Below, one piece after another: positions 36,030 through 45,989 of a stretch of 64,000 nucleotides of DNA. The translations under genes and the position numbers were made by a program. The stretch spans positions 10,913 through 74,912 of the forward strand of contig JBJMIR010000114.1 of the NCBI GenBank assembly GCA_045806785.1, read 5' to 3'. The stretch's first letter is position 1. Each line of letters opens with the position of its first letter. A model generated the notes under the pieces. That model had not been told where the DNA came from. It worked only from the letters and a program-made list of their open reading frames with translations, and did not search any database. Origin of the DNA: Propionibacteriaceae bacterium (GTDB taxonomy: Bacteria; Actinomycetota; Actinomycetes; Propionibacteriales; Propionibacteriaceae).

Positions 36030-36763
36030 GCGGCTGCCGGGCGCAATACGTACCCAGCCCCTCGCAATGTATGAATCATCGGCGGGCGATTGGCGTCGAT
36101 CTTCTTGCGAAGATAGGAAATGTACAGCTCCACGACGTTGGCCTGACCACCGAAGTCGTAGTTCCAGACCCGATCCAGGATCTGCGCCTTGCTGAGCACC
36201 CGCTTCGGGTTGCGCATCAGGTAGCGGAGCAGCTCGAACTCGGTAGCGGTGAGCTGGATCTCCACACCACCACGACATACTTCGTGGCTGTCCTCGTCGA
36301 GCGTGAGATCACCGACAACCAGTGTCGAGTCGCTTCTGGCCAGCGCAGCGCCGCTGCGGCGAAGCAGTGCGCGCAGTCGGGCGATCACTTCCTCCAGGCT
36401 GAAAGGTTTGGTGACGTAGTCATCGCCGCCGGCGGTGAGGCCTCCAATGCGATCTTCAACCGAATCCTTGGCGGTGAGGAAGATCACCGGCACGTCAGGA
36501 TCTTCCGCCCGGATCCGGCGCATCACCTCAAGTCCGTTGAAGTCTGGCAGCATCATGTCCAGCACGATGGCATCTGGCCTCGTCTCCCGAGCGGCCTTGA
36601 CGGCCTGTCCGCCAGAAGCTGCCGTGGCAACCTGCCAGCCCTCGTAGCGCATGGCCATCGAAAGCAGTTCAGTCAGACTGGACTCGTCGTCGACGGCCAG
36701 GATGCGAATCGGAGAACCGTCGGGGCGGGTAAGGGGTGCTGCGTTTCCATCAGTGCGAATCAT
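36026..36763 (-). CDS. OmpR/PhoB-family response regulator
   Basis: Receiver domain (ILAVDDE .. DMMLPDFNG .. TAKD) plus winged helix (VWNYDFGG .. VELYISYLRKKID). Confidence 0.9.
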   Translation of the reverse strand: MIRTDGNAAPLTRPDGSPIRILAVDDESSLTELLSMAMRYEGWQVATAASGGQAVKAARETRPDAIVLDMMLPDFNGLEVMRRIRAEDPDVPVIFLTAKDSVEDRIGGLTAGGDDYVTKPFSLEEVIARLRALLRRSGAALARSDSTLVVGDLTLDEDSHEVCRGGVEIQLTATEFELLRYLMRNPKRVLSKAQILDRVWNYDFGGQANVVELYISYLRKKIDANRPPMIHTLRGAGYVLRPAAA

Positions 36764-36854
36764 GCGTCAAGCGTGACATCGGATCTCGCTACTGCCCTGT
36801 GTGATTCCTGTGGCTTACCTGTGAATCTTGAAGCAGACGGTGTCGGTGTGGTGA

Positions 36855-37346
36855 TCAGGTCCTTGCTCTGGCGGCAGATTGATCGGCAAAGTCATCTTCG
36901 TACACGTCGTCGGATTTATTACGCCGGAACAATCGGTCAATGGAGACAGCGCCGCCGCCCATCACGAACAGCAGCAGGCCGAGGAGACCGAGGGCGACGT
37001 TGTACTCATAACCGCCCTTGTACGTGCCATCGGGGTTCAGCAAAGTCGGCGGCCACTTGTACCAGTTCGTGTAGCAGATGATCAAGATTTGCTCGATGAG
37101 CACGCCTAGCCCGACCAGGCGCGTGAGCGCACCGACGATCAGCAACACGCCACCAACGAGTTCGAAGATGATGGCGCCCCAGGCGGCGACCTCGGCGTAC
37201 GGAGTGCGGAACTGCGTCAAGTAGTCGATCTGTGTTTGAACGCCGGCGTTCCAGCGGAGCCACCCGTGCAGCAACAGGATGCCGCCGAGTCCCAGCCGAG
37301 CTATGAGCAGGCCAAAGCTTTTCAGAAAGCTCCAGAAGCCAGACAT
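36855..37346 (-). CDS. DoxX family membrane protein
   Basis: Four TM helices. Contains RLGLGGILLLHGW and ELVGGVLLIVG motifs. GGAGAGG lies before ATG 37346. The longer 37829 start is implausible. Confidence 0.75.
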   Translation of the reverse strand: MSGFWSFLKSFGLLIARLGLGGILLLHGWLRWNAGVQTQIDYLTQFRTPYAEVAAWGAIIFELVGGVLLIVGALTRLVGLGVLIEQILIICYTNWYKWPPTLLNPDGTYKGGYEYNVALGLLGLLLFVMGGGAVSIDRLFRRNKSDDVYEDDFADQSAARART

Positions 37347-37449
37347 GGTTGCCTCTCCTTGCAGGTGAGCTGCATCAAAGCTACGCACGCCTATTCGATC
37401 TATCCAGGAACACGCCGCGTTCGACTGCTCCACTGACACTGCGTGCCAG

Positions 37450-37887
37450 TCAGTCTTCAGCCACGAAGATGCAGAACGGATGTCCCGCCAGGTCGGCGTA
37501 CACGAAGAGTGGCTCATCTGGATCGTCAGATCGATCAAGGAGCAGCCGCGCGCCAAGGTCGAGCGCTCGATGGTGCTGGACGTACAGCTCGCTGAGCGTG
37601 GGAACGGATGTGTCGAGGTGCAGCATCTGCGGCAGCGGACCCTCAGGCCAGGTGGGCTCCGGCAAATGGGACACCTGCTGGAATGCCAGGCGCCTTGAGC
37701 TACCGGCGTCGCAGAGCACCAACCACTCTCGGCCGTTGGTGTCTGGCGACCCGTCGGTGGGTGGCTCGTCCCCTGGACGGTACTGAAAGCCCAGTAAGTG
37801 TCGATAGAACTCAGCCAGCGCCCGGGCATCTTCGCAGTCCAGTACGACCTGGCGGAGAGTGGGCGTCGTCACGTGGGAGTCGTTCAT
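37450..37887 (-). CDS. VOC (glyoxalase/bleomycin-resistance/dioxygenase) family protein
   Basis: Starts LRQVVLDCEDARALAEFYRHLLGF and ends HPFCIFV, typical of small VOC proteins. Confidence 0.7.
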   Translation of the reverse strand: MNDSHVTTPTLRQVVLDCEDARALAEFYRHLLGFQYRPGDEPPTDGSPDTNGREWLVLCDAGSSRRLAFQQVSHLPEPTWPEGPLPQMLHLDTSVPTLSELYVQHHRALDLGARLLLDRSDDPDEPLFVYADLAGHPFCIFVAED

Positions 37888-38018
37888 GTCTGCATGCTCT
37901 CAAAGCACCGGCCCGTAACCTCTATGCCGTGGCCACACGAGTTCGACGGCTGCTCCGGGCGATCATCGCCCGGCTGCTCCCAGGCGCGCCTGCTGGTGGC
38001 GGCGTACCGCAAGCACCG

Positions 38019-38516
38019 ATGACCTGGCTGGAAGCATCGGCGCCTGGCGGATCCGCAATACCTGTGGTACGGCAAGGCGAGGGCCGACCGATCGTCATCG
38101 TGCATGGCGGAAGCGGCGACTTGACGTCGTGGGCCGCAGTCGCGGGTCGACTTCTTGATCAATTCAGCGTCTACCGCTACACCAGGCCCACATACCGGCT
38201 TGGGCCCACACCGCGCGGCGCCGAGGCGATGGCTACCGAGACTGCCGCCGCGCAGATCAGCGACAACGAGGCCATCGAGTCGCTCGGCGTTGGTCTGGAC
38301 AGATATGCCAAGCTGGCCGTCCCAGCGCTGCTCCTCGGCGGCGCCAAGAGTCAGTCTCACTTCCGCGATCGACTTACAGCGTTGGCGAGCGCGCTGCCGG
38401 CTGTTGACTCGGTGGTGTACATGCCCGGCCAGAGTCACGGCGCAAACCTCCGTGGCCCTGATCAGGTTGCTCGGGTGGTAGCTGACTTCGCTGGATCGCT
38501 GCCGAATGCGCAGTAA
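38019..38516 (+). pseudogene. Alpha/beta-hydrolase-like ORF apparently missing its central part, including the nucleophile elbow
   Basis: Has the N-terminal IVIVHGGSGDLTSWAAVAGRL and C-terminal VPALLLGGAKS .. MPGQSHGA segments. I see no GxSxG motif, and it has only 165 aa. Confidence 0.4.
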
Positions 38517-38582
38517 CTGCCCATCCTGATGCGACGGCGTGAGGTGTTACTGCACACTCGGGGCGCCCCGGGCGCGTAGCGG

Positions 38583-39101
38583 TTAGTCGTGCGTCGTTTG
38601 ATCGGCTTCGAGCACCCCAACGAGATGACGCATCGTATCGAGAGCGCTTCGCAACTGCTCAGTACCGACTTCGGCGCCGATCCGGTTGGCGAACGGATGC
38701 TGCACGAGAGTGATTCTGCGGATCGCCCAGTACCCAGCCTCTGTGCAGGCGAGCAGCTTCGCGCGCCGATGATCTGGATTGGGTCGATACTCGGCCAGCC
38801 CGCGTTCCACGAGCAGATCGGCGACTCGCTGTACGCCTTGCCGCGTCATGCCCATGCGGCGCGCGATGCCAGCAACGCTGCGCGGCTGATCCAGAACGCC
38901 GCCAAGTACCTGCCACCAGGCGGCCGTCAGCCCACCGTTCGCTCCGAGCACCTGAGCCACCTCTAAAAGGCGTGCGTTGAGGCGAAACGTGGTGAGAATG
39001 ACCTCCGTCAAGACCGCGCCGGCTTCCGTCTGAGGCACCGGCTCCGGCCACTCTGTGCGGGGCGGAACCGGTCCGCCCCGGCTCTGCAGGGCAGTATTCA
39101 T
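38583..39101 (-). CDS. MarR family transcriptional regulator
   Basis: Winged helix SVAGIARRMGMTRQGVQRVADLLVERGLAEY. ATGA overlap with the upstream DJ-1 gene. Confidence 0.8.
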   Translation of the reverse strand: MNTALQSRGGPVPPRTEWPEPVPQTEAGAVLTEVILTTFRLNARLLEVAQVLGANGGLTAAWWQVLGGVLDQPRSVAGIARRMGMTRQGVQRVADLLVERGLAEYRPNPDHRRAKLLACTEAGYWAIRRITLVQHPFANRIGAEVGTEQLRSALDTMRHLVGVLEADQTTHD

Positions 39102-39727
39102 GCGCTGTTCTGAGCTTGCATAAGTATCGGGAAAGCGGCCGGATCACCTCGATGGAAGAGGGCCTCGTACGCCTCCAGGGTCTGTTCTGATGCCAGACCG
39201 AGCCGCCCGAGCGTGGCACGGGCGAACTGCACGGGCGACTGTGGACCGGCGGTGATGAGATCACCATCCACCACTGCGCGCTCATTGAGGTAGTAGTCGC
39301 TACCGGCGTATCCGGTGGTCATCAGATACTCCGCAGCCCCGCTGGTGTGGCGACGCGTGTCCAAGATGCCAGCCCGGGCGAGCCCGGCTGTTGCGCCACA
39401 GATCGCCGCAACGGGCACTCCCGCTTCCAGAAAGCGGGCGGCGGTCTTGGCGAACGTCTGGCCGCCACCGGCGTCCCAGATGTCCGCGCCAGGCAGGATG
39501 AGCAGATTGCTGGAAGCCGGATCCAAGTCGTCAAGAAGCATGTCCGGCAGGATGCGTACGCCGCCCATTGTGGTGACCGGCTCGGGCGATTCTGCGACCG
39601 TCAGGATGTCCCACGATTGGCCGGTAAAACGGCCAGTTCGCAGCTCTACCAGGAGGTAGCCAACCTCCCAGTCGGCAAGTGTGTCGTAGACGGCAAGGTG
39701 AGCAGTAGATTCGGTCATAGGCAACAT
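39098..39727 (-). CDS. DJ-1/PfpI (type 1 glutamine amidotransferase-like) protein
   Basis: LLILPGADIWD and VAAICGATAGLARAGILD (nucleophile-elbow Cys) motifs. Confidence 0.75.
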   Translation of the reverse strand: MLPMTESTAHLAVYDTLADWEVGYLLVELRTGRFTGQSWDILTVAESPEPVTTMGGVRILPDMLLDDLDPASSNLLILPGADIWDAGGGQTFAKTAARFLEAGVPVAAICGATAGLARAGILDTRRHTSGAAEYLMTTGYAGSDYYLNERAVVDGDLITAGPQSPVQFARATLGRLGLASEQTLEAYEALFHRGDPAAFPILMQAQNSA

Positions 39728-39864
39728 ACTGTCATATAGTCAGCGTACTGTCAAGAGTCGGAACGGCCTCTTGCCGCCGTTTGCCGTCTGGAGACTGCAA
39801 CGAAGTGTCGCGACGCTCGATCGGACCCTCGTTTCCCATCTTGAGATGACTCGCGCCAGGTAAA

Positions 39865-40332
39865 ATGCATACTGCCTGCATGAGCGCATCCCAACCCCTT
39901 GCCAATGTGATCACCCTCGGTGCTCGGGATCTTGCACGCTTGCGCGACTTCTATCGCGCCCTGGGATGGCAACAGATCATCGATGAGGCCGGATTTGCCG
40001 CCTTCGAGCTGCGCGGCATTGTGCTCGCGATCTTTCATATCGCTCAGCTGGCACGGGATGGGAACACTGAACCTGCGCCCAACACGAACGGCATTCGCTT
40101 CACCATCGGCGTCATCGTCGACAGCGCCGACGAGGTCGACCGGCTAACACACCAGATGCGGAGAGCGGGCGCTCAGGTGACCAAGGAGCCGGTAGACGCG
40201 GAGTTCTTTACCGGCCGCTCAGCATATGTATGTGATCCTGAGAGCAACTACTTCGAGATTGCGTGGTCCGAACCAGGTAACCCAATCGTGGACGCGGCCC
40301 GCCGCCTGGTAGGGCATGACGTCCTGCCCTAA
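39865..40332 (+). CDS. VOC (glyoxalase) family protein
   Basis: Contains ITLGARDLARLRDFYRALGW and DPESNYFEIAW motifs. The start is 39865 or ATG 39880. Confidence 0.7.
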   Translation: MHTACMSASQPLANVITLGARDLARLRDFYRALGWQQIIDEAGFAAFELRGIVLAIFHIAQLARDGNTEPAPNTNGIRFTIGVIVDSADEVDRLTHQMRRAGAQVTKEPVDAEFFTGRSAYVCDPESNYFEIAWSEPGNPIVDAARRLVGHDVLP

Positions 40333-40338
40333 GACCTC

Positions 40339-40911
40339 GTGGCTATTTCCAGCGGGGATGATCGACAAGTGCTGGGTCTGCTGACTGTAGGACATGGGAA
40401 CTTGGATAGGGCCGCGCTCGGCGGGCTTCTCCAGGACGCGGCTGTCGATGTCGTCGTCGACGTACGCCGTTATCCGGGCAGCCGGCGTAATCCTGATGTG
40501 CGGCGGGAGGCGTTGGAACGGTGGCTGCCCGAGACTGGTATCCAATACCGATGGGACGAACGGCTAGGCGGCCGCCGCCATCTCCCTGCCGGTGCCATGG
40601 TGATCGATACGTGGTGGACTGACGCCGCGTTCCAGGCGTATGCGGCGCACACCCGAACCGAGGAATTCACTGCCGGAATGGTGGACTTGCTCGCGCTTGT
40701 CCAAACCCACCATGTGGTGATCATGTGCAGTGAGACGCTGTGGTGGCGGTGTCACCGCCGGCTGATCGCCGACGTCACAACCCTCGAGCATCAGATCCCT
40801 GTAGAGCACCTGCTGCCATCTGGCCGCCATGACCGGCACAAACCTGCCGCAGGTGTACGACTGCGGTCCGACGGGCGCGTCGTGTGGGATCTTCCTGCTG
40901 ACAGCGACTGA
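40339..40911 (+). CDS. DUF488 family protein
   Basis: Contains LLTVGHGN .. VVVDVRRYPGSRRNP .. VIMCSETLWWRCHRRLIAD, the conserved DUF488 pattern. Confidence 0.75.
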   Translation: MAISSGDDRQVLGLLTVGHGNLDRAALGGLLQDAAVDVVVDVRRYPGSRRNPDVRREALERWLPETGIQYRWDERLGGRRHLPAGAMVIDTWWTDAAFQAYAAHTRTEEFTAGMVDLLALVQTHHVVIMCSETLWWRCHRRLIADVTTLEHQIPVEHLLPSGRHDRHKPAAGVRLRSDGRVVWDLPADSD

Positions 40912-40943
40912 ATAATGCCGTCGGGGCAGCGGATAGGGCTCTG

Positions 40944-41339
40944 TTACGGCCTCTTGACGTAGTACTCGGTGAACTCCCGGCAGCGTCCTTCGGTGTCGAA
41001 GCGCATCACGAAGCAGTTGTGATAGAGGCGAATGATCGGACCGTCGGGTCGCTCACGATAGCTGGACGTACCTGTCGCGACGACGACGTCATCGTCGACG
41101 GCGACCGGCTCGTAGTGTGCCTGGTACGTGCCGGGCGCATCACGCGTCGAAGCGCCGTCCGAGCTGTCCTCGCCTAACCACGACGCGACCACGGACTCCC
41201 GGCCGACGATTGGGTCGTCGTACGGGTGATACCGGTACACGATGTCCTCTGTGAAGAGTGCTGCAATGTCATTCGCGTCGTAGCAGAGCCAGGCCGCAAC
41301 ATATTTGTCGAGCCAGGCCTGGGCGTCCGCACGGTCCAC
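40944..41339 (-). CDS. NTF2-like (SnoaL-like) protein
   Basis: Starts AQAWLDKYVAAWLCYDANDIAALFTEDIVY. 131 aa. Confidence 0.65.
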   Translation of the reverse strand: MDRADAQAWLDKYVAAWLCYDANDIAALFTEDIVYRYHPYDDPIVGRESVVASWLGEDSSDGASTRDAPGTYQAHYEPVAVDDDVVVATGTSSYRERPDGPIIRLYHNCFVMRFDTEGRCREFTEYYVKRP

Positions 41340-41343
41340 GCAG

Positions 41344-42302
41344 TCACCCTAGGCCGGATATTGGTTCGGAGCGTTCGTACCAGTTCAGCACGCGCAGCGC
41401 TCGAAGAGTGTTCCATCGGCTGGGCTCGCCATCGCCGGCTTCCATAGTGAAGTGGACCCGGCCCGGATGAGTGTTCTCCAGCAGCCAGCTGCAGTCGGCC
41501 TGTTGCTTGGACCGTACGAGATCGACAGCCTCAGCGAGCCGGGGATCGGGGTCGCCTCCGGCCGCCCGGAAGTAGTCCAGCGCCCGCAGCACGTCGTAAT
41601 GCCACCAGGTTGGGAAGGAGAACCATAGCCACTTCGGCTTGACAACCTCGCCTGTGCTCAGGCGCCGGAATAGCCGCCGTTGCAACAGGTACTCCTCCCC
41701 TCGGTGGCGCGCCGCAAGGGACTTCGCTGAACCGCCAGTCGCCCGCTCCTGTTCCAGCAATCCCTCGAGTACGCAGATCGTGGTATGGAAAGAGGAACGC
41801 ACCGATCCGTGCTCTGACTCGCAGTTCCAGCCGCCGTCGGCAAGCTGCTCGCCGAGCAGTCGGCTGACGATGTCGTCGACGTCCACACCGAAGTACGCTC
41901 CGATCGCGACGGTCCGTCCGTTGATGCACGGCTCCACTTCGCCGGCGAAGAACGGCTGGCCGCGTGCTCCCACCGGCAGTTGTCCCGCACCAGTACGACG
42001 GTCTCGCGGATCTGCTCGGCTTCCGGGTCGACCCCGAAATCACGCAGCAGCGTCAACGCCGGAAGTGTTGAGATCCATGGCTGACCCGTGGAGAAGTCAC
42101 CCCGGAAGTCCGCCGGGAAGCAGGCGCCCCCAGCCCACTGGCCGTCATCGTCGCGCAGCGCAAGCAACCGCGCGCCCCAACCCTCGACTGCGACGCGGCC
42201 GCGTTCCGCGGCGACATCGTCCGGCGACGCGTCGGTGAGGTCGCGAAGCACCTGCCAGCGCAGCGCAGAATCAGAGTCGAGTAGCCAGTCGAGAACCGTC
42301 AC
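41344..42302 (-). pseudogene. Prenyltransferase/squalene-cyclase-repeat (alpha-alpha toroid) protein, interrupted by a single frameshift
   Basis: ORF 41658..42302 makes sense up to ..VRDNCRWEHA. ORF 41344..41973 continues as GQPFFAGEVEPCINGRTV.. in another frame. The junction is near 41962-41966 (gcggcc where gcgggcc would restore the frame). Confidence 0.7.
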
Positions 42303-42355
42303 CCGCGAAACCGTAGCGCGAATAAGCAGACTGGGTTCATGCCAGTCTGGGTAGG

Positions 42356-43114
42356 GTGTCGCCGCTCCAACCTGCTCTGCTGCTCGTGAGTGCTGGTGTT
42401 GTGGCCGGAGTGATCGGCAGCGGTGGCGGTGTCACATCACTGGTGTCCTACCCGGCGCTGCTTGCCGTCGGCATTCCGCCGCTGCCTGCGAACATCGCAA
42501 ACCTCGTGGCCGGCGTGGCAATTGCGCCTGGGGCGGCGCTCAGTTCGCGCCGAGAGCTCGCGGACGCTGGGTCATCACTCCTCCGTCTGCTGCCGGTGAC
42601 TGCCGCCGGGACTGTGCTCGGCGCCGGTCTGCTGCTCATTACTTCACCCGGAGTGTTCGCCAGGGTCGTGCCGTTCCTGGTCCTCACCGGCTCAGTGATC
42701 TTGGTCATTCAGCCGGTCTTGTTGAAGCTACGCAGTCGGGATGACGCAGAAGGTAGCCCAGTGTTCCCGGTGGTTCTGCTGGTCGGAGCCGTATCCGTAT
42801 ATGGGGGTTACTTCGGCGCCGGATCCGGCGTGATGCTGCTGGCAGTGCTCCTGCTGCTGGTCGACTCGAGAGTCCCGCCGGCGAATGCCATCAAGAACAT
42901 GTTGCTCGGGATGATGTCCATCGCCGCAGCAGCAGTGTTCATCACCGTGCGATCCGTGCCGTGGAGCGCTGTCATTCCGTTGGCCGGCGGGCTGCTGGTC
43001 GGCAGCTCGGTTGGCCCGATCATCGTCCGGCACCTACCGCCGAGCCTCGTACGCTGGATCGCCGCAGGCTTCGGTCTGATACTCGCCGTGTATCTATGGC
43101 TGCATCCCGGATGA
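42356..43114 (+). CDS. TauE/SafE family sulfite/anion exporter
   Basis: About 8 TM helices with the characteristic Gly-rich helices (GGGVTSLVSYP, YGGYFGAGSGVM). Confidence 0.75.
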   Translation: MSPLQPALLLVSAGVVAGVIGSGGGVTSLVSYPALLAVGIPPLPANIANLVAGVAIAPGAALSSRRELADAGSSLLRLLPVTAAGTVLGAGLLLITSPGVFARVVPFLVLTGSVILVIQPVLLKLRSRDDAEGSPVFPVVLLVGAVSVYGGYFGAGSGVMLLAVLLLLVDSRVPPANAIKNMLLGMMSIAAAAVFITVRSVPWSAVIPLAGGLLVGSSVGPIIVRHLPPSLVRWIAAGFGLILAVYLWLHPG

Positions 43115-43168
43115 GTGGGGAGCCCACAAACTGATGTCAAACTGGGAACAATCCTGCCTCTGGCATAG

Positions 43169-43215
43169 TTGAGCCTAGTACGCTCAAGTACTAAGTTGAG
43201 TGCCACAGACTCAAG
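43169..43215. promoter_or_regulatory. Two HAIR (HspR-associated inverted repeat) operators upstream of dnaK
   Basis: TTGAGC-N7-GCTCAAG (43169-43188) and TTGAGT-N7-ACTCAAG (43196-43215) match the known HAIR consensus CTTGAGT-N7-ACTCAAG. Confidence 0.85.
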
Positions 43216-43251
43216 AACAATCCCAATTTCCTAGCTGGAGGAAACACAATC

Positions 43252-45129
43252 ATGGCTCGTGCAGTCGGCATTGACCTCGGAACGACCAACTCCGTCGTCG
43301 CCGTACTTGAAGGTGGAGAGCCCACCGTCATCCCGAACGCCGAAGGCTCCAGAACCACGCCATCGGTCGTCGCATTTGCGAAGGGCGGCGAGGTACTTGT
43401 TGGCGAGGTCGCCAAGCGCCAGGCCGTCACGAACGTCGATCGCACTATCCGCTCCGTCAAGCGTCATATGGGTTCGGACTGGAAGCAGCGGATCGACGAC
43501 AAGGATTACCGTCCCCAGCAGATCAGCGCCTTCGTCCTGCAGAAGTTGAAGAGGGACGCGGAGGCCTACCTGGGTGAGCAGGTCACCCATGCGGTCGTCA
43601 CCGTGCCCGCCTACTTCTCCGACGCACAGCGCCAGGCCACCAAGGAGGCCGGTGAGATCGCGGGTCTGGTCGTGGACCGGATCATCAACGAGCCGACGGC
43701 CGCCGCGCTCGCGTACGGCCTGGACAAGACCGATCAAGATCAAACGATCTTGGTCTTCGATCTCGGTGGTGGCACCTTCGACGTCTCGCTGCTGGAGATC
43801 GGGGACGGCGTCTTCGAGGTGAAGGCCACCAACGGTGACAACCGGCTCGGTGGCGACGACTGGGATTCCAGGATCGTCGACTGGCTGGTGAAGCAGTTCA
43901 AGAACAAGAACGGCACCGACCTGTCCCAGGACAAGATCGCTCGGCAGCGGCTCCAGGAGGCCGCCGAGAAGGCCAAGATCGAACTCTCCTCGGCCAGTGA
44001 GACCCAGATCAACCTGCCCTACATCACTCTGGGGCAGGCCGGTCCGCTGCACCTGGAGGAGAAGCTGACCCGCTCGGAATTCCAGCGGATGACCTCTGAT
44101 CTTCTTGATCGGTGCCGCGCGCCGTTCCATGCGGTAATCTCCGACGCCAAGATCAGCGTCGGCTCGATCAACCACGTGATCTTGGTCGGTGGATCGACCC
44201 GGATGCCTGCCGTGGTTGAGCTCGTCAAGGAACTGACCGGTGGCAAGGAGCCGCACAAGGGTGTGAACCCGGACGAGGTCGTCGCTCTTGGCGCCAGCCT
44301 GCAGGCCGGTGTGCTGAAGGGCGAGGTCAAGGACGTTCTGTTGCTCGACGTCACCCCGCTGAGTCTCGGCATCGAGACCAAGGGCGGCGTCTTCACCAAG
44401 ATCATCGAGCGCAACACCACGATCCCGACGAAGCGCTCCGAGGTCTTTACCACCGCCGATGACAACCAGCCCTCGGTGATGATCCAGGTCTACCAGGGTG
44501 AGCGTGACTTCGCGAAGGACAACAAGTCGCTCGGCAACTTCGAGCTGACCGGTCTGCCGCCTGCGCCGCGCGGCGTGCCTCAGATCGAGGTCGCCTTCGA
44601 CATCGACGCTAACGGCATCGTGCATGTGAACGCCAAGGACCTGGCGACCGGCAAGGAGCAGTCCATGCAGATCACCGGCGGCTCCGCGCTCGGCAAGGAG
44701 GACATCGACCGGATGGTCAAGGAGGCCGAGTCGCACGCTGAGGAGGACCGCAAGCGGCGCGAGGCCGTCGAGCTCCGCAACGAGGCCGACAACCTGGTCT
44801 TCCGCACCGAGAAGCTGCTCAGCGAAAACGCCGACAAGATCAATGACGACGTCAAGACGCCTGTCGAGGAAGCGATCGCTGAGGTCAAGAGCGCTCTGGA
44901 AGGCGAGGACGACGACCGGGTCAAGGCTGCCGTAGAGAAGCTCAATACGACCAGCGCGCAGCTGGGCCAGGCGATGTACGCGGCGGCGCAGGCCGGGCAG
45001 CAGGCTCCGTCGGAGGCCGGTGGCCCGAGTGAGCACGCCGACTCCAACGGCGAGAGCAGCAGCACTGAGGAGGACGTTGTCGATGCCGAGATCGTGGACG
45101 ACGACCAGACCTCGAGTGAGGCGCGGTGA
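43252..45129 (+). CDS. dnaK: Molecular chaperone DnaK (Hsp70)
   Basis: Contains [23 protein letters not shown] and [11 protein letters not shown]. 625 aa, full length. Confidence 0.98.
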   Translation: MARAVGIDLGTTNSVVAVLEGGEPTVIPNAEGSRTTPSVVAFAKGGEVLVGEVAKRQAVTNVDRTIRSVKRHMGSDWKQRIDDKDYRPQQISAFVLQKLKRDAEAYLGEQVTHAVVTVPAYFSDAQRQATKEAGEIAGLVVDRIINEPTAAALAYGLDKTDQDQTILVFDLGGGTFDVSLLEIGDGVFEVKATNGDNRLGGDDWDSRIVDWLVKQFKNKNGTDLSQDKIARQRLQEAAEKAKIELSSASETQINLPYITLGQAGPLHLEEKLTRSEFQRMTSDLLDRCRAPFHAVISDAKISVGSINHVILVGGSTRMPAVVELVKELTGGKEPHKGVNPDEVVALGASLQAGVLKGEVKDVLLLDVTPLSLGIETKGGVFTKIIERNTTIPTKRSEVFTTADDNQPSVMIQVYQGERDFAKDNKSLGNFELTGLPPAPRGVPQIEVAFDIDANGIVHVNAKDLATGKEQSMQITGGSALGKEDIDRMVKEAESHAEEDRKRREAVELRNEADNLVFRTEKLLSENADKINDDVKTPVEEAIAEVKSALEGEDDDRVKAAVEKLNTTSAQLGQAMYAAAQAGQQAPSEAGGPSEHADSNGESSSTEEDVVDAEIVDDDQTSSEAR

Positions 45130-45902
45130 GCGTCCCGGAATCTGAGCATCGGCACGCTGAAGCCGAGTTCGAACAGCGAGGCCCGACCGTACGGGATCGG
45201 CGTCGCATCGATCCGGAGACCTACGAGGTACGGGAGCCGCAGGAAACTGCGGCTCCTGCCGCAGCGGCCCCAGAACCTGAAACCCCAGCCCCCGAAACCC
45301 CTCCCGTACCAGATCTCGAGGCGGAAGTGAAAGAACTCACCGACAAGCTCGCCGAGCGGACCTCTGATTTACAGCGGCTCCAGGCTGAGTACGTCAACTA
45401 CAAGCGCCGGGTCGACCGTGATCGTGATCTTGCTCGCAAGGTGACGATCGAAGGTGTGCTGAAGGACTTCCTTTCAGTGCTCGACGACGTTCGTTCGGCT
45501 CGTGAGCATGAAGAGCTCAACGGCGGCTTCAAGGCGGTCGCGGAGGAGATCGAGCGGGTCACCTCCAAGTACGGCCTGGAAAGCTTCGGCGAAGCGGGCG
45601 ATCCATTCAACCCGCACATCCACGAGGCGCTGCTGCATGCGCATGCCGATGGCATCGACGGCCCGACTTGCGTGGAGATCTTGCAGCCCGGCTACCGCAT
45701 CGGTGATCGCATTCTGCGGCCGGCGCGAGTTGCGGTTGCCGAGCCGGAACCGGAGTCGATGCGTGCCGAGCCTGTCGAAGCACGGATCGAGGAGTCTCCG
45801 ACAACCTCAGGCGAAAATGCTGAGAGCTCGGCGGAGCGGCTGGTCGATGCGACAGGTGAGCCAGGTGCCGACAATCCCGATGCCGACGCCGACCAGCGGT
45901 GA
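45126..45902 (+). CDS. grpE: Nucleotide exchange factor GrpE
   Basis: GTGA overlap with the dnaK stop. Contains [15 protein letters not shown] and [16 protein letters not shown] motifs. Confidence 0.95.
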   Translation: MSVPESEHRHAEAEFEQRGPTVRDRRRIDPETYEVREPQETAAPAAAAPEPETPAPETPPVPDLEAEVKELTDKLAERTSDLQRLQAEYVNYKRRVDRDRDLARKVTIEGVLKDFLSVLDDVRSAREHEELNGGFKAVAEEIERVTSKYGLESFGEAGDPFNPHIHEALLHAHADGIDGPTCVEILQPGYRIGDRILRPARVAVAEPEPESMRAEPVEARIEESPTTSGENAESSAERLVDATGEPGADNPDADADQR

Positions 45903-45989
45903 GCTGTTCTGCGCCGAAGCAGAGGGACACTGTCTGGAGGAGGAAATCAACCAGGCATCGGTAGTTGATCATCTCGAAGGGAGGCGTGA

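Noticed and set aside
35852-37081. 409-aa plus-strand ORF across the response-regulator and DoxX region
   Set aside because: It is antisense to two clearly recognisable minus-strand genes and crosses their intergenic region. It has Arg/Ala-rich nonsense composition.
37608-38018. Upstream part of the 302-aa ORF containing the hydrolase-like sequence
   Set aside because: This part is antisense to the VOC gene (37450-37887) and has Arg/Pro-rich composition. The hydrolase-like sequence starts at ATG 38019.
43231-45036. 601-aa ORF antisense to dnaK
   Set aside because: The plus strand encodes an unmistakable full-length DnaK. Long open mirror frames are expected in high-GC DNA and are a known artefact opposite hsp70 genes. 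The translation is Leu/Arg/Asp/Gly-rich without recognisable motifs.
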